From IMG/VR virus record IMGVR_UViG_2675903153_000001, positions 3,467-67,466 of that record: a stretch of DNA of 64,000 bases. One strand, given 5' to 3'. Source of the stretch: a virus. Taxonomy: Duplodnaviria; Caudoviricetes. The notes beneath the pieces are model-generated. The model had not been told where the DNA came from, made no database searches, and saw nothing but the letters and a program-made list of their open reading frames with translations. Positions 54,829 to 62,840 of the stretch are shown piece by piece (position 1 is the stretch's first letter; every line of letters starts with the position of its first letter). The translations under genes were made by a program, and so were the position numbers.

Positions 54829-55560
54829 CTACGCGAACAGGAAGTCGAAGAAGCGGCGGCCAATCTTCACGTCTTCGACCTCGACGGTGTTCGCCGCTTC
54901 GCGCGCCATCTTTACGGCCCGCTGTAGCGTCTCGACGCGTTCGATGAGGATCTTAATGCGGGCGGCCGGCAGTGCGCCACTCCGCTTCACTGTGGTCCAT
55001 GTGCCCACAATGACGTCCTCAAAGTACATTTCCACCTGCGCCTTGTGGTGCTCGGTCGCCGGGGCTTTCTCGTAGCTGCGCGGGAGCTTCTTCGACCTGG
55101 TCGTCTCAAACGGCTCGGTCGACCACGTGTCGGTCGTCTCGTCGTACTCCCACTGCTCCGACGGGTCCAGCACAGGAAGCCTGCGGATGAACGTGTTCAG
55201 GCTGACCAACTGCTTTTCCAGGAACAGCAACACGGCCACCGGCACGTTATCCAAGAGCGTGACGTCACCCACCACCAGATCAGCCGAGGCGTTCCGGTTG
55301 GCCGTCTCCTTGGTGGCCACCGCGTCGAACGCCCGGGTCATCTTCAGGACCACGTCCGCGATGACCGCGCCGGCGCGGACCTGGACGCGCGTGGACTCGG
55401 GCGGGAGCGGGTCCCCACCGTCTTCCTTCGGCCGGTACGTGCGCGAAATGCCGGACAAAAGCGGTTGCTTCTCAAGCAGGTGATCCGCGTTTTTGAGCGC
55501 GGCGAACGCCTGCGCCTTGGCGTCCTTTTCGACCGGCAGGATTTGATGCAGCTTGACCAT
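54829..55560 (-). CDS. Conserved 243-aa protein of unknown function directly upstream of the tRNA-like array
   Basis: KLHQILPVEK, LLSGISRTY.P...G..LPPESTRVQV, LLFLEKQL, LPVLDP, GTWTTVK.SGALPA; GAAGGAGG RBS. Confidence 0.85.
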   Translation of the reverse strand: MVKLHQILPVEKDAKAQAFAALKNADHLLEKQPLLSGISRTYRPKEDGGDPLPPESTRVQVRAGAVIADVVLKMTRAFDAVATKETANRNASADLVVGDVTLLDNVPVAVLLFLEKQLVSLNTFIRRLPVLDPSEQWEYDETTDTWSTEPFETTRSKKLPRSYEKAPATEHHKAQVEMYFEDVIVGTWTTVKRSGALPAARIKILIERVETLQRAVKMAREAANTVEVEDVKIGRRFFDFLFA

Positions 55561-55604
55561 GGGCCCGTGACCTCCTTCTGAATCTGGTAGTTCGCATGGG
55601 GGAC

Positions 55605-55650
55605 GGGGTTCCCCGCCGTGGGGTGTGCTTCACGGCGGGGAACCCCTTTT
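55605..55650. terminator. 16-bp perfect hairpin with T-tract on plus strand
   Basis: GGGGTTCCCCGCCGTG/CACGGCGGGGAACCCC then TTT; a second long hairpin at ~55684-55737. Confidence 0.65.
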
Positions 55651-55741
55651 CCAACCCCGGCACCCCCTGCGTGCCGTGGGCGGGCGTAGCCGGGCCTCTG
55701 CTCTCGGCGGGGGCAGCCCTACAGAGCCCGGCTACGCGTCT

Positions 55742-56182
55742 TCACTGGACCGCGTGGACTACGACGTCCAGTCGTTCGGGGCTATCAGTCGCTTCATCGG
55801 CGACCATGCCGACGGCGATGCGGACCTTTCGCAGCTCACCGGCCGCGATCGGCGCTATCGCGATCCACGTGTGCATCCCAAGGAACACACCGTGGTACCG
55901 GCAGATGATCGGGACAACTACCCGCGGGTCGGGTGCTGGCGCCGATGCAGCGCGAAGCTTCCTGGTCCGGCTCTCGACTTCGAGCAGGACCGCGATGCCG
56001 AACAGGAACAGAAACGTCGTGCTCGCCGCCCCGATGGGGAGCCCAGTGGGGTGGGGGTTGGCCCACACGAGCCACGTCATCAGGACGCCGCCAAATGACA
56101 CGGTCAGCAAGGACCACATGGTGGCGCGAGAGAACACGGCGGTGAGTACGCGCCGACATGCCGCGCGCGCTCGGGACATCAC
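55742..56182 (-). CDS. Two-TM membrane protein
   Basis: Hydrophobic segments; GTGA/ATG coupling. Confidence 0.55.
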   Translation of the reverse strand: MMSRARAACRRVLTAVFSRATMWSLLTVSFGGVLMTWLVWANPHPTGLPIGAASTTFLFLFGIAVLLEVESRTRKLRAASAPAPDPRVVVPIICRYHGVFLGMHTWIAIAPIAAGELRKVRIAVGMVADEATDSPERLDVVVHAVQ

Positions 56183-56550
56183 GCCGCCTCAGCTTCCTCG
56201 ACGGCCGCGCGTTCGGCCAAGAACCGTTCCATGTTCCACGACCGCATGTCGTGGCGGGACATGGTCATGCCCACCAACAGATAGCCGTCGGGGTACTCGT
56301 AGGCGCGACGGATGAGGTCGCGCGTGACGCTGCTGTACTCGTCGATCCGCTTGGTGCCGCACGACCGGCATTTCAGCTTCTTCAGCAACGTGAACGCTGA
56401 CCCGGACGCCTTGCCGATGTAGTCCCGGTGGGTGGGGCGCATCGCGTGGCCGAACTCCCGGCACATCTGGAACTCAGGATGGTCGAGTACGTACGCCTCG
56501 ACCATCGACATGACGAACTCGTACGTAACGGCAGAGTCGTTGTAAGCCAA
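56179..56550 (-). CDS. Zn-ribbon phage protein
   Basis: CREFGH...CRSCGTKR...YEYPDGY. Confidence 0.7.
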   Translation of the reverse strand: MAYNDSAVTYEFVMSMVEAYVLDHPEFQMCREFGHAMRPTHRDYIGKASGSAFTLLKKLKCRSCGTKRIDEYSSVTRDLIRRAYEYPDGYLLVGMTMSRHDMRSWNMERFLAERAAVEEAEAA

Positions 56551-56565
56551 CCTGATCTCGCCCCC

Positions 56566-57123
56566 TTACATCAATGTGTCCTGAGTGGACTTGGTCGCCT
56601 TCGCCCGTGGCTGCTTGCGCTTCGGCGGACTGTCCTTGTCACGTGCATCTCGCCACGCCGACCACTCTTCGAAGAGGGGACCCGTCCACCCCATCGTCTT
56701 TTTCCATGCGACGTAGGCGTGATCTGGCACCCGGCCTCGGTCGCCGAGGCCCGGCCACCCGTTCACCAGCGCCCACGCGCGAGCGTCTTTCCGCATCAGC
56801 GTCCAGCGCTCACGTTCACGGGTCGAGTGCACTTCGGGCGGCGTGAACCACTCGTGCGTGACCTCGCTTTGGTCTGCGACGACCGGCGGGGGGATAGGGG
56901 CCCGTATCACGGCCTGCCCCTTGTCGGCTTTCCGTGCGTGCGATGCCCACTCGGTCAGCACGGCTGTCAGTTCCTCAAGCCGCTCCGGGCCGAGGTCGAT
57001 CACGTATTCCTGTCGCGCCGCGCGGGTGCCGGCCGCGCCGTTGACGCGGAAACCGAACTCAACCGACCCGACGGCGACGGTCTCTAGGTCGACGTCGTCG
57101 ACGATGGTGATTCGTTGCGCCAT
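56566..57123 (-). CDS. Divergent Lsr2-like protein
   Basis: MAQRITIVDDVD...YVIDL; ARAWALVNG...DRGRVP. Confidence 0.75.
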   Translation of the reverse strand: MAQRITIVDDVDLETVAVGSVEFGFRVNGAAGTRAARQEYVIDLGPERLEELTAVLTEWASHARKADKGQAVIRAPIPPPVVADQSEVTHEWFTPPEVHSTRERERWTLMRKDARAWALVNGWPGLGDRGRVPDHAYVAWKKTMGWTGPLFEEWSAWRDARDKDSPPKRKQPRAKATKSTQDTLM

Positions 57124-57130
57124 GTGGCGT

Positions 57131-57550
57131 TCACGCCTTGGCGTTCACGCGGGTTCCACGGGCACGTCCGGTGGCCTTCGCCGGGGCCGACCGTTCCTTG
57201 ACCTGGTCGGCGCGGTAGGCGGCGATCACTTCATTGGGGATGCGGCCCTGCGCGTTGACGTGGTGTCCGTTGGCTGCCGCCCATTCGCGGATGCGGGCCG
57301 ATTCGCTCTGCGCCGCGAGCGGCACCGCGGCGCTGAGGTGGCGAGGCCGCTCGGCGACGCGGCGACGTACCGCACGGCCGCCGGTGCGGCGCGCACCTTC
57401 GACGTAGCGCGCCAGCTCTTCCCGCAGGTCGGCGGCGTGTTCGTCGTTGAGGTCGATGGTGTATTCGACGCCGTCGAGCATGAACTGAACGGTTTCGCTC
57501 GCCTCGGACCCGTCGAGGTCGTCGACCAACGTGATGTGCGCGTGCTGCAA
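57131..57550 (-). CDS. lsr2: Lsr2 nucleoid-associated/xenogeneic silencer protein
   Basis: LVDDLDG.EASETVQF.LDGVEYTIDL...A..LR; IREWAAANG..V..QGRIP. Confidence 0.92.
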   Translation of the reverse strand: MQHAHITLVDDLDGSEASETVQFMLDGVEYTIDLNDEHAADLREELARYVEGARRTGGRAVRRRVAERPRHLSAAVPLAAQSESARIREWAAANGHHVNAQGRIPNEVIAAYRADQVKERSAPAKATGRARGTRVNAKA

Positions 57551-57910
57551 CGTGTGTGCTCCCGCCGTGATTTGAACGTGAGGGGAAAGGGCCTGCGCGG
57601 TCCGCGTGAAGGGGGTGCGGACTCGTCAACTGCCTTTCAATACGCGGTGACCGCGTGTTGCCTGGCAGTTAACACCCGAGGCCATGACCTCGCAACCAAC
57701 CGGCCGGCTGGCGTCGGGGTGTTTCGGCGTCTTGTCCGTGTGCCAATTGACCACTGTGGACCGGGTCCGACTCGTCCCCCTGTGGCCGAATCCCCAGCAA
57801 GATCGTCATCTTTGGCATACCCGGCACTGTCCATAGTGGGCACACCGTGGGTGCGTCCGGTGCGCCGAACCGTCTCTTGATATGTCACTCAACCGGGCGA
57901 CGGCAACCAC

Positions 57911-58102
57911 TCAGGCGACGCGTTCCCCGCCGGCTTCGTGGGCGCGCTCCCACGCCTCGACGTCCGCGAGCCGGTATCGCACGTGGCGGCCGGCCCGGAA
58001 GTACTTCGGACCGGTCTGGTGACTGTTCCAGCGGTAGAGCGTCGGCACGGGGACGCCGAGCCGGTCGGACAGGTCGCGGATGCTCAGGTGCTTCGCAGGC
58101 AT
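57911..58102 (-). CDS. xis: Excisionase/AlpA-like HTH
   Basis: LSIRDLSDRLGVPVPTLYRW...GPKYFRAGRHVRYR..DVEAW. Confidence 0.8.
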   Translation of the reverse strand: MPAKHLSIRDLSDRLGVPVPTLYRWNSHQTGPKYFRAGRHVRYRLADVEAWERAHEAGGERVA

Positions 58103-58204
58103 CGTCAACACCTCTCAGTGGTGGTGATCATTTCGCAGTAGTTGCGACATTGGCACACCTAGTGGCACAGTCGTACTGCCAGACCACGACCGAAAGGTGG
58201 CAGG

Positions 58205-58798
58205 GTGCCCGATCACCCACGTCCGTTGACGCGCGCAGACTTCACCTACGGCTACGCCGAGTTCGACGCCGGCGACACAGTCCGCATGGGTGGTGACCGA
58301 CTGCTACCGCGGCGGATCACCGCGTACATCACCAGTGCTCCGGACCTTCCGGCCACCATGTTGACGATCGAAGCCCGGGACGGCGTCCCGGTGTGCACGG
58401 CCGTGACCGTGACCGCCAAGGACGGCGGCCGCGAAGTCCGAGCGGTCGATCTTCGGGCGATCAAACTCGAAGACTGGATAGAGGCGATCGTTGCCGAAGT
58501 CGCACCCACGATCGTCGCGTCCGACGACGACGGCCGCCCCATCATCGTGAGCCCGGCACCCGGCACCCCGGATGCACAGCGGCTCGCCGTTGCCGCCGTC
58601 CGGGCAGCCCGCCACGGCACCCGCAAGACGGTCACCGAAGACCACTTGCGCACCGTCGCCGAGGTCTACAACGCCGCCGACCCTCGGCGGGGGATTAAGA
58701 CCGTGGAAGAGCGGTTCGGCACGTCGTACCGCACCGCCGCCCGGTGGATCGCCGCCGCGCGCGACAAGGGTTTCATTCCAGAAAGGGACGAGAAATGA
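58205..58798 (+). CDS. DUF6214-like protein with C-terminal HTH
   Basis: VAEVY...VEERFGTSYRTAARWIAAARDKG; ATGA-coupled to integrase. Confidence 0.65.
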   Translation: MPDHPRPLTRADFTYGYAEFDAGDTVRMGGDRLLPRRITAYITSAPDLPATMLTIEARDGVPVCTAVTVTAKDGGREVRAVDLRAIKLEDWIEAIVAEVAPTIVASDDDGRPIIVSPAPGTPDAQRLAVAAVRAARHGTRKTVTEDHLRTVAEVYNAADPRRGIKTVEERFGTSYRTAARWIAAARDKGFIPERDEK

Positions 58799-59994
58799 CA
58801 GTCGAAGATCGCTGGCATCACAGAGGCACACGCACGCGGACCAAGGACTACGGGCGCGGGAAGCGTTGGCGTGTGAGGAATCCCGGGTGCCCCACCCGCT
58901 CGTTCGCGAAGAAGAGCGACGCGGAAAAGCACGACACGGCCGTTAACGCCGACCTGCTGAAAGGGTTGCAGCCGTACGACGCAACCAAGGGTCTCATCCT
59001 GTTCCGGGACTACGTGGAAAAGCATTGGCTGCCGAACCACCCCGGCACGCCCCGGACGATCGAGACGGTCAAGTCCCGGCTTAAGAACCACATCTATCCG
59101 CACTTCGGGGCCAAGCGCATGATCGATTGCCGACCGTCCTCGGTGAACGGATGGAAGGCGTACATGCGGAACAAGACGTCAGTGCGCGGCGGGAAACTCT
59201 CGGACGCAACGATCCTCGCGTGCTGGATACACCTCGGTGGCATCTTTCGCGGGGCCAAGATCGACGGCGTGATCCCGGCACACCCGTACGACGAGGTAGA
59301 GCGCGTGGACGACCCCCGCCGGGTGGAACCCCGATTGTTCGAGGACGAGACGGTCGACGGCATCCTGAGCGCCTTCCCCGACCGGTACCACGCGATCCCG
59401 CTGGTGTCCGCCACGTGCGGTCACAGGCAGGGCGAGAGCTTCGCCGTCGCCGTCGAGGACATCGACTTTCTGCAACGGAAGATCACGATCCGTCACCAAG
59501 TGCAGCGCATCAACGGGACGCTCACCCTGGTCCCGCCCAAGCGGGGGTCCGTGCGGACGGTGCCGCTTCCCGCGATGACGGCGGAAGCCCTTGCCGCGCA
59601 TATTGCCCGGTACGGCACCATGGCCGTCCGGTGCGAGTGCTGCAAGAAGTCGAACCGTCTCCTGTTCATCTCGGAGACCGGGAAGTTGATCAACCGTAGT
59701 CAGTTCAACGAGCGGGTCTGGCGGCCGGCTGTGATGGCGGCGGGTCTGGACCCCGCCGATGAGGACGAGACCGGGCAGCACTGCCTGCGGCACTACTACG
59801 TGTCGACGCTCATCGACGGCCACACCAACCCCAAGGCGATCCAGCAGTACCTAGGCCACAAGAACATGAAGACGACCATGGACGTGTACGGCCACCTGTT
59901 CGAGCGGGCCCACGGGCAGGCGGCGGACACCATCGACCGCGCGTTCGCTGGCCGGGCCCGCGCGTACCCTCCGCGTACCGGGACGGGGGCCTAG
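58795..59994 (+). CDS. int: Tyrosine recombinase/integrase
   Basis: Catalytic R (GHRQGE), K (PPK), HCLRH, LGH, Y (DVYGH). Confidence 0.93.
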   Translation: MTVEDRWHHRGTRTRTKDYGRGKRWRVRNPGCPTRSFAKKSDAEKHDTAVNADLLKGLQPYDATKGLILFRDYVEKHWLPNHPGTPRTIETVKSRLKNHIYPHFGAKRMIDCRPSSVNGWKAYMRNKTSVRGGKLSDATILACWIHLGGIFRGAKIDGVIPAHPYDEVERVDDPRRVEPRLFEDETVDGILSAFPDRYHAIPLVSATCGHRQGESFAVAVEDIDFLQRKITIRHQVQRINGTLTLVPPKRGSVRTVPLPAMTAEALAAHIARYGTMAVRCECCKKSNRLLFISETGKLINRSQFNERVWRPAVMAAGLDPADEDETGQHCLRHYYVSTLIDGHTNPKAIQQYLGHKNMKTTMDVYGHLFERAHGQAADTIDRAFAGRARAYPPRTGTGA

Positions 59995-60060
59995 CGGTGC
60001 TCCCCGCAGGTCAGGGCCAGATTTCGCCTGAACCCGTCGTGAAAGGACCGTTCGCGCCGT
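59962..60060. other. Candidate attR region
   Basis: CGCGTACC direct repeat at end of int and CCGCAGGTCAG; host-type sequence follows; attL not in window, so core unverified. Confidence 0.35.
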
Positions 60061-60071
60061 CGGTCCCGAAA

Positions 60072-60094
60072 CTGTCGGGGGTGTGTTCTAGCGT
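60072..60094 (+). promoter_or_regulatory. RecA-NDp/PafBC-type DNA-damage promoter of host SNF2 operon
   Basis: CTGTCGGGG, 8 nt, TAGCGT matches TTGTCRGTG-N8-TAnnnT; GTG start 7 nt downstream (leaderless). Confidence 0.65.
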
Positions 60095-60101
60095 TGCCGT
60101 C

Positions 60102-62840
60102 GTGGAGTTCAGCGCAGACACCCGGGCCACCTACCTTCCCGCGGATCCCCCGCGGGACGGCGTGCTGGCCTTGTGGGGCGACGACGTGGCCGGCGGGACC
60201 ACGATCGAGCTCGTGCTGCCCCGGGGCGCCAAGTTCGCGCGGACGAAGGTCGAGGCGGAGCTGGTGCCCCTCGAACGCGCCCTGCCCCGGCTGCTGTCGG
60301 TCGGGGAGGAGGCGAGCCCGGCGGTCGCGGCGTGGTCGGCGGCGGTCAACGCGGGGGTGAACCTCGTCGCACGCGGGCGGCTGCGTCCCGCGGTCTCCCC
60401 GGCGGGGGCGGCGGCGTGGCGGATCGGGCCGCTGGACGCGGCCGACGAGGAACTGCTGCGCGGGCTGGCCGGGGCGTTGCCACCGGAGGCGTACGCGCTG
60501 CCGCTGACCGGGCTGAAACGCATCCGCCTGCACTCGCCGGACTCCCTGGTCCGCGCCCTGTGGGACGCGACGGCCGACCTGCTGGCGCGCAGCCCGGCGG
60601 CCCCGGTCGGCGCGGGCGACCCGGCGTTCGCGGCGCGCGAACCGGCGCTGCTCGGCCCGGACGGCGCGGCGTGGCTGGCCGAGCTGGAGGCGCGTGAGCC
60701 GCGGGGTGTCCAGGTGCTGCTGCGGGTCGAGGGCCTGGACGACGAGTCGTTCGCCGGGGTGCTGGCGGTGCGGAGCATGGCGGAGCCGAGCCTGGTGGTG
60801 GAGGCGTCGACGCTGTGGGACGCGCCGGACGCGGTGCTGAGCCGGCTCGGCGACCAGGTGGAGACGCAGCTGCTGCTGGGCCTCCGCCGCGGCGCGCGGG
60901 CGTGGGCGCCGCTGGAGCGGGTGCTGGACCAGCCGGCCCCGTCCTCGCTGGAGCTGTCCGACGACGAGGTGGTCGACCTCCTCACCGACGGCGCCCGCGA
61001 CCTGGGCGGCGCGGGCATCGAGGTGCTGTGGTCGAAGGGGCTGTTCGCGGGCGAGGTGAAGGCGAAGGCGAGCGCGACCCAGGCACCGGCGAGCGTGACG
61101 GAGGCGGAGTTCGCGCTGCGGAGCCTCCTGGAGTTCCGCTGGCAGCTGAGCCTGGGCGGCGAGCAGCTGACGCCATCCGAGGTGGCGGCGCTGGCGGAAG
61201 CGAAGCGGCCGTTGGTCCGGTTGCGCGGGCAGTGGGTGCGGGTGGACCCGCAGCTGCTGGCCCGCGTGCGAAGCCGTACGCGAAAGCTGGAGGCGGGCGA
61301 GGCGCTGGCGGCGGCGCTGACGGGCGAGCTGGAACTGGACGGCGAGCGGGTGGAGTTCACGGCCCCGCCGGTGCTGGGCGACTTGGTTTTCCGGATCCGG
61401 GACCGGGCGTCAAGCGAGGTGGCGCCACCGCCGGGGTTGCGGGCGACGCTGCGGCCGTACCAGCAGGCGGGGTTGGCGTGGCTGTCCACGATGACGGGGC
61501 TCGGGTTGGGCGCGTGCCTGGCCGACGACATGGGGCTGGGCAAGACGATCCAGCTGATCGCGCTCCACCTGCACCGGCGTGCGACAGCGCCGGGCCCCAC
61601 CCTGGTCCTCTGCCCCACCTCCCTCCTCGGCAACTGGGAGCGCGAGTTCGCCCGGTTCGCCCCCGAAATCCCCGTCCGCCGGTTCCACGGTGGCAGCCGT
61701 CACCTCGACGACCTCGCCCCCGACGAGGTCGTCCTCGCCACCTACGGCGTCCTCCGGCGCGACCGCGAAACGCTGTCCGAAGTGGACTGGGGCCTCGTCG
61801 CCGCCGACGAGGCCCAGCACGTCAAGAACCCCCTCTCCGCCACCGCCAAGGAACTCCGCAAGATCCCCGCCCGCGCCAAGGTCGCCCTCACCGGCACCCC
61901 GGTCGAAAACCGGCTCACCGAACTCTGGTCCATTGTGGACTGGACCACCCCCGGCCTCCTCGGTCCGCTCGACCGCTTCCGCCGCACGGTCGCGCGCCCG
62001 ATCGAACGCGACCGCGACAAGGCCGTCACCGAACGGCTCGCCGCCACCGTGCGGCCGTTCCTGTTGCGGCGGCGCAAGTCCGATCCGGACATCGCCCCGG
62101 AACTGCCGCCCAAGACCGAGACCGACCGGTTCGTGCCGCTCACCGCCGAGCAGACCACGCTCTACGAAGCCGTCGTGCGCGAAAACCTCGCCGAGATCCG
62201 CGAGACGCAGGGCATCAAGCGGCGCGGCCAGGTCCTGCAGCTGCTCACCGAGCTCAAGCAGATCTGCAACCACCCGGCCCAGTTCCTCAAGGAACCGCAC
62301 GGCGCGCTCACCGGCCGCTCGGGCAAGCTCGCCGCGTTCGAAGAGCTCATCGACGTCATCCTCGACGAAGGCGAGAGCGTCCTCGTCTTCAGTCAGTACG
62401 TCCAGCTCTGCCGGCTGCTCGAACGCCGCCTCACCGAGCGCGGCATGCCGACCGAGCTGCTCTCCGGCGAAAGCTCGCCGGCGAAACGCCAGGACATGGT
62501 CGACCGGTTCCAGGCCGGCGAAATCCCCGTCTTCCTGCTCTCGCTCAAGGCGGGCGGCGTCGGGCTCAACCTGACCCGCGCGACCCACGTCATCCACTAC
62601 GACCGCTGGTGGAACCCGGCCGTCGAAGACCAGGCGACCGACCGCGCCTACCGCATCGGGCAGGACCGGCCCGTCCAGGTCCACCGGCTCATCGCCGAGG
62701 GCACCCTGGAGGAGCGGATCGCGCAGGTGCTGGAAAAGAAGCGCGGGCTGGCGGAGTCGATCGTCGGCGCGGGGGAAGACTGGATCACCGAGCTCTCCGA
62801 CGACGAGCTCGCCGACCTGGTCCGCCTCGGGAGCGGATGA
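60102..62840 (+). CDS. Host SNF2-family (DEAD/DEAH) helicase
   Basis: LRPYQ, LADDMGLGKT, ADEAQHVKN, ALTGTPVEN, SLKAGGVGLNL, QATDRAYRIGQ. Confidence 0.95.
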   Translation: MEFSADTRATYLPADPPRDGVLALWGDDVAGGTTIELVLPRGAKFARTKVEAELVPLERALPRLLSVGEEASPAVAAWSAAVNAGVNLVARGRLRPAVSPAGAAAWRIGPLDAADEELLRGLAGALPPEAYALPLTGLKRIRLHSPDSLVRALWDATADLLARSPAAPVGAGDPAFAAREPALLGPDGAAWLAELEAREPRGVQVLLRVEGLDDESFAGVLAVRSMAEPSLVVEASTLWDAPDAVLSRLGDQVETQLLLGLRRGARAWAPLERVLDQPAPSSLELSDDEVVDLLTDGARDLGGAGIEVLWSKGLFAGEVKAKASATQAPASVTEAEFALRSLLEFRWQLSLGGEQLTPSEVAALAEAKRPLVRLRGQWVRVDPQLLARVRSRTRKLEAGEALAAALTGELELDGERVEFTAPPVLGDLVFRIRDRASSEVAPPPGLRATLRPYQQAGLAWLSTMTGLGLGACLADDMGLGKTIQLIALHLHRRATAPGPTLVLCPTSLLGNWEREFARFAPEIPVRRFHGGSRHLDDLAPDEVVLATYGVLRRDRETLSEVDWGLVAADEAQHVKNPLSATAKELRKIPARAKVALTGTPVENRLTELWSIVDWTTPGLLGPLDRFRRTVARPIERDRDKAVTERLAATVRPFLLRRRKSDPDIAPELPPKTETDRFVPLTAEQTTLYEAVVRENLAEIRETQGIKRRGQVLQLLTELKQICNHPAQFLKEPHGALTGRSGKLAAFEELIDVILDEGESVLVFSQYVQLCRLLERRLTERGMPTELLSGESSPAKRQDMVDRFQAGEIPVFLLSLKAGGVGLNLTRATHVIHYDRWWNPAVEDQATDRAYRIGQDRPVQVHRLIAEGTLEERIAQVLEKKRGLAESIVGAGEDWITELSDDELADLVRLGSG

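Larger units (their letters stand above)
1..59994. mobile_element. Temperate siphovirus prophage (HK97-type head, long non-contractile tail); left boundary outside window, right boundary just after integrase
   Basis: Complete module order of immunity, replication, packaging, head, tail, lysis, accessory, xis/int; host-type SNF2/SWIM genes follow. Confidence 0.95.

Noticed and set aside
57637-57888. 83-aa ORF between lsr2 and xis
   Set aside because: Low-complexity translation overlapping operator-like motifs; no convincing RBS or motif
60815-62836. 1061-aa ORF
   Set aside because: Shadow frame of the SNF2 gene; the real SWIM gene starts at 62837
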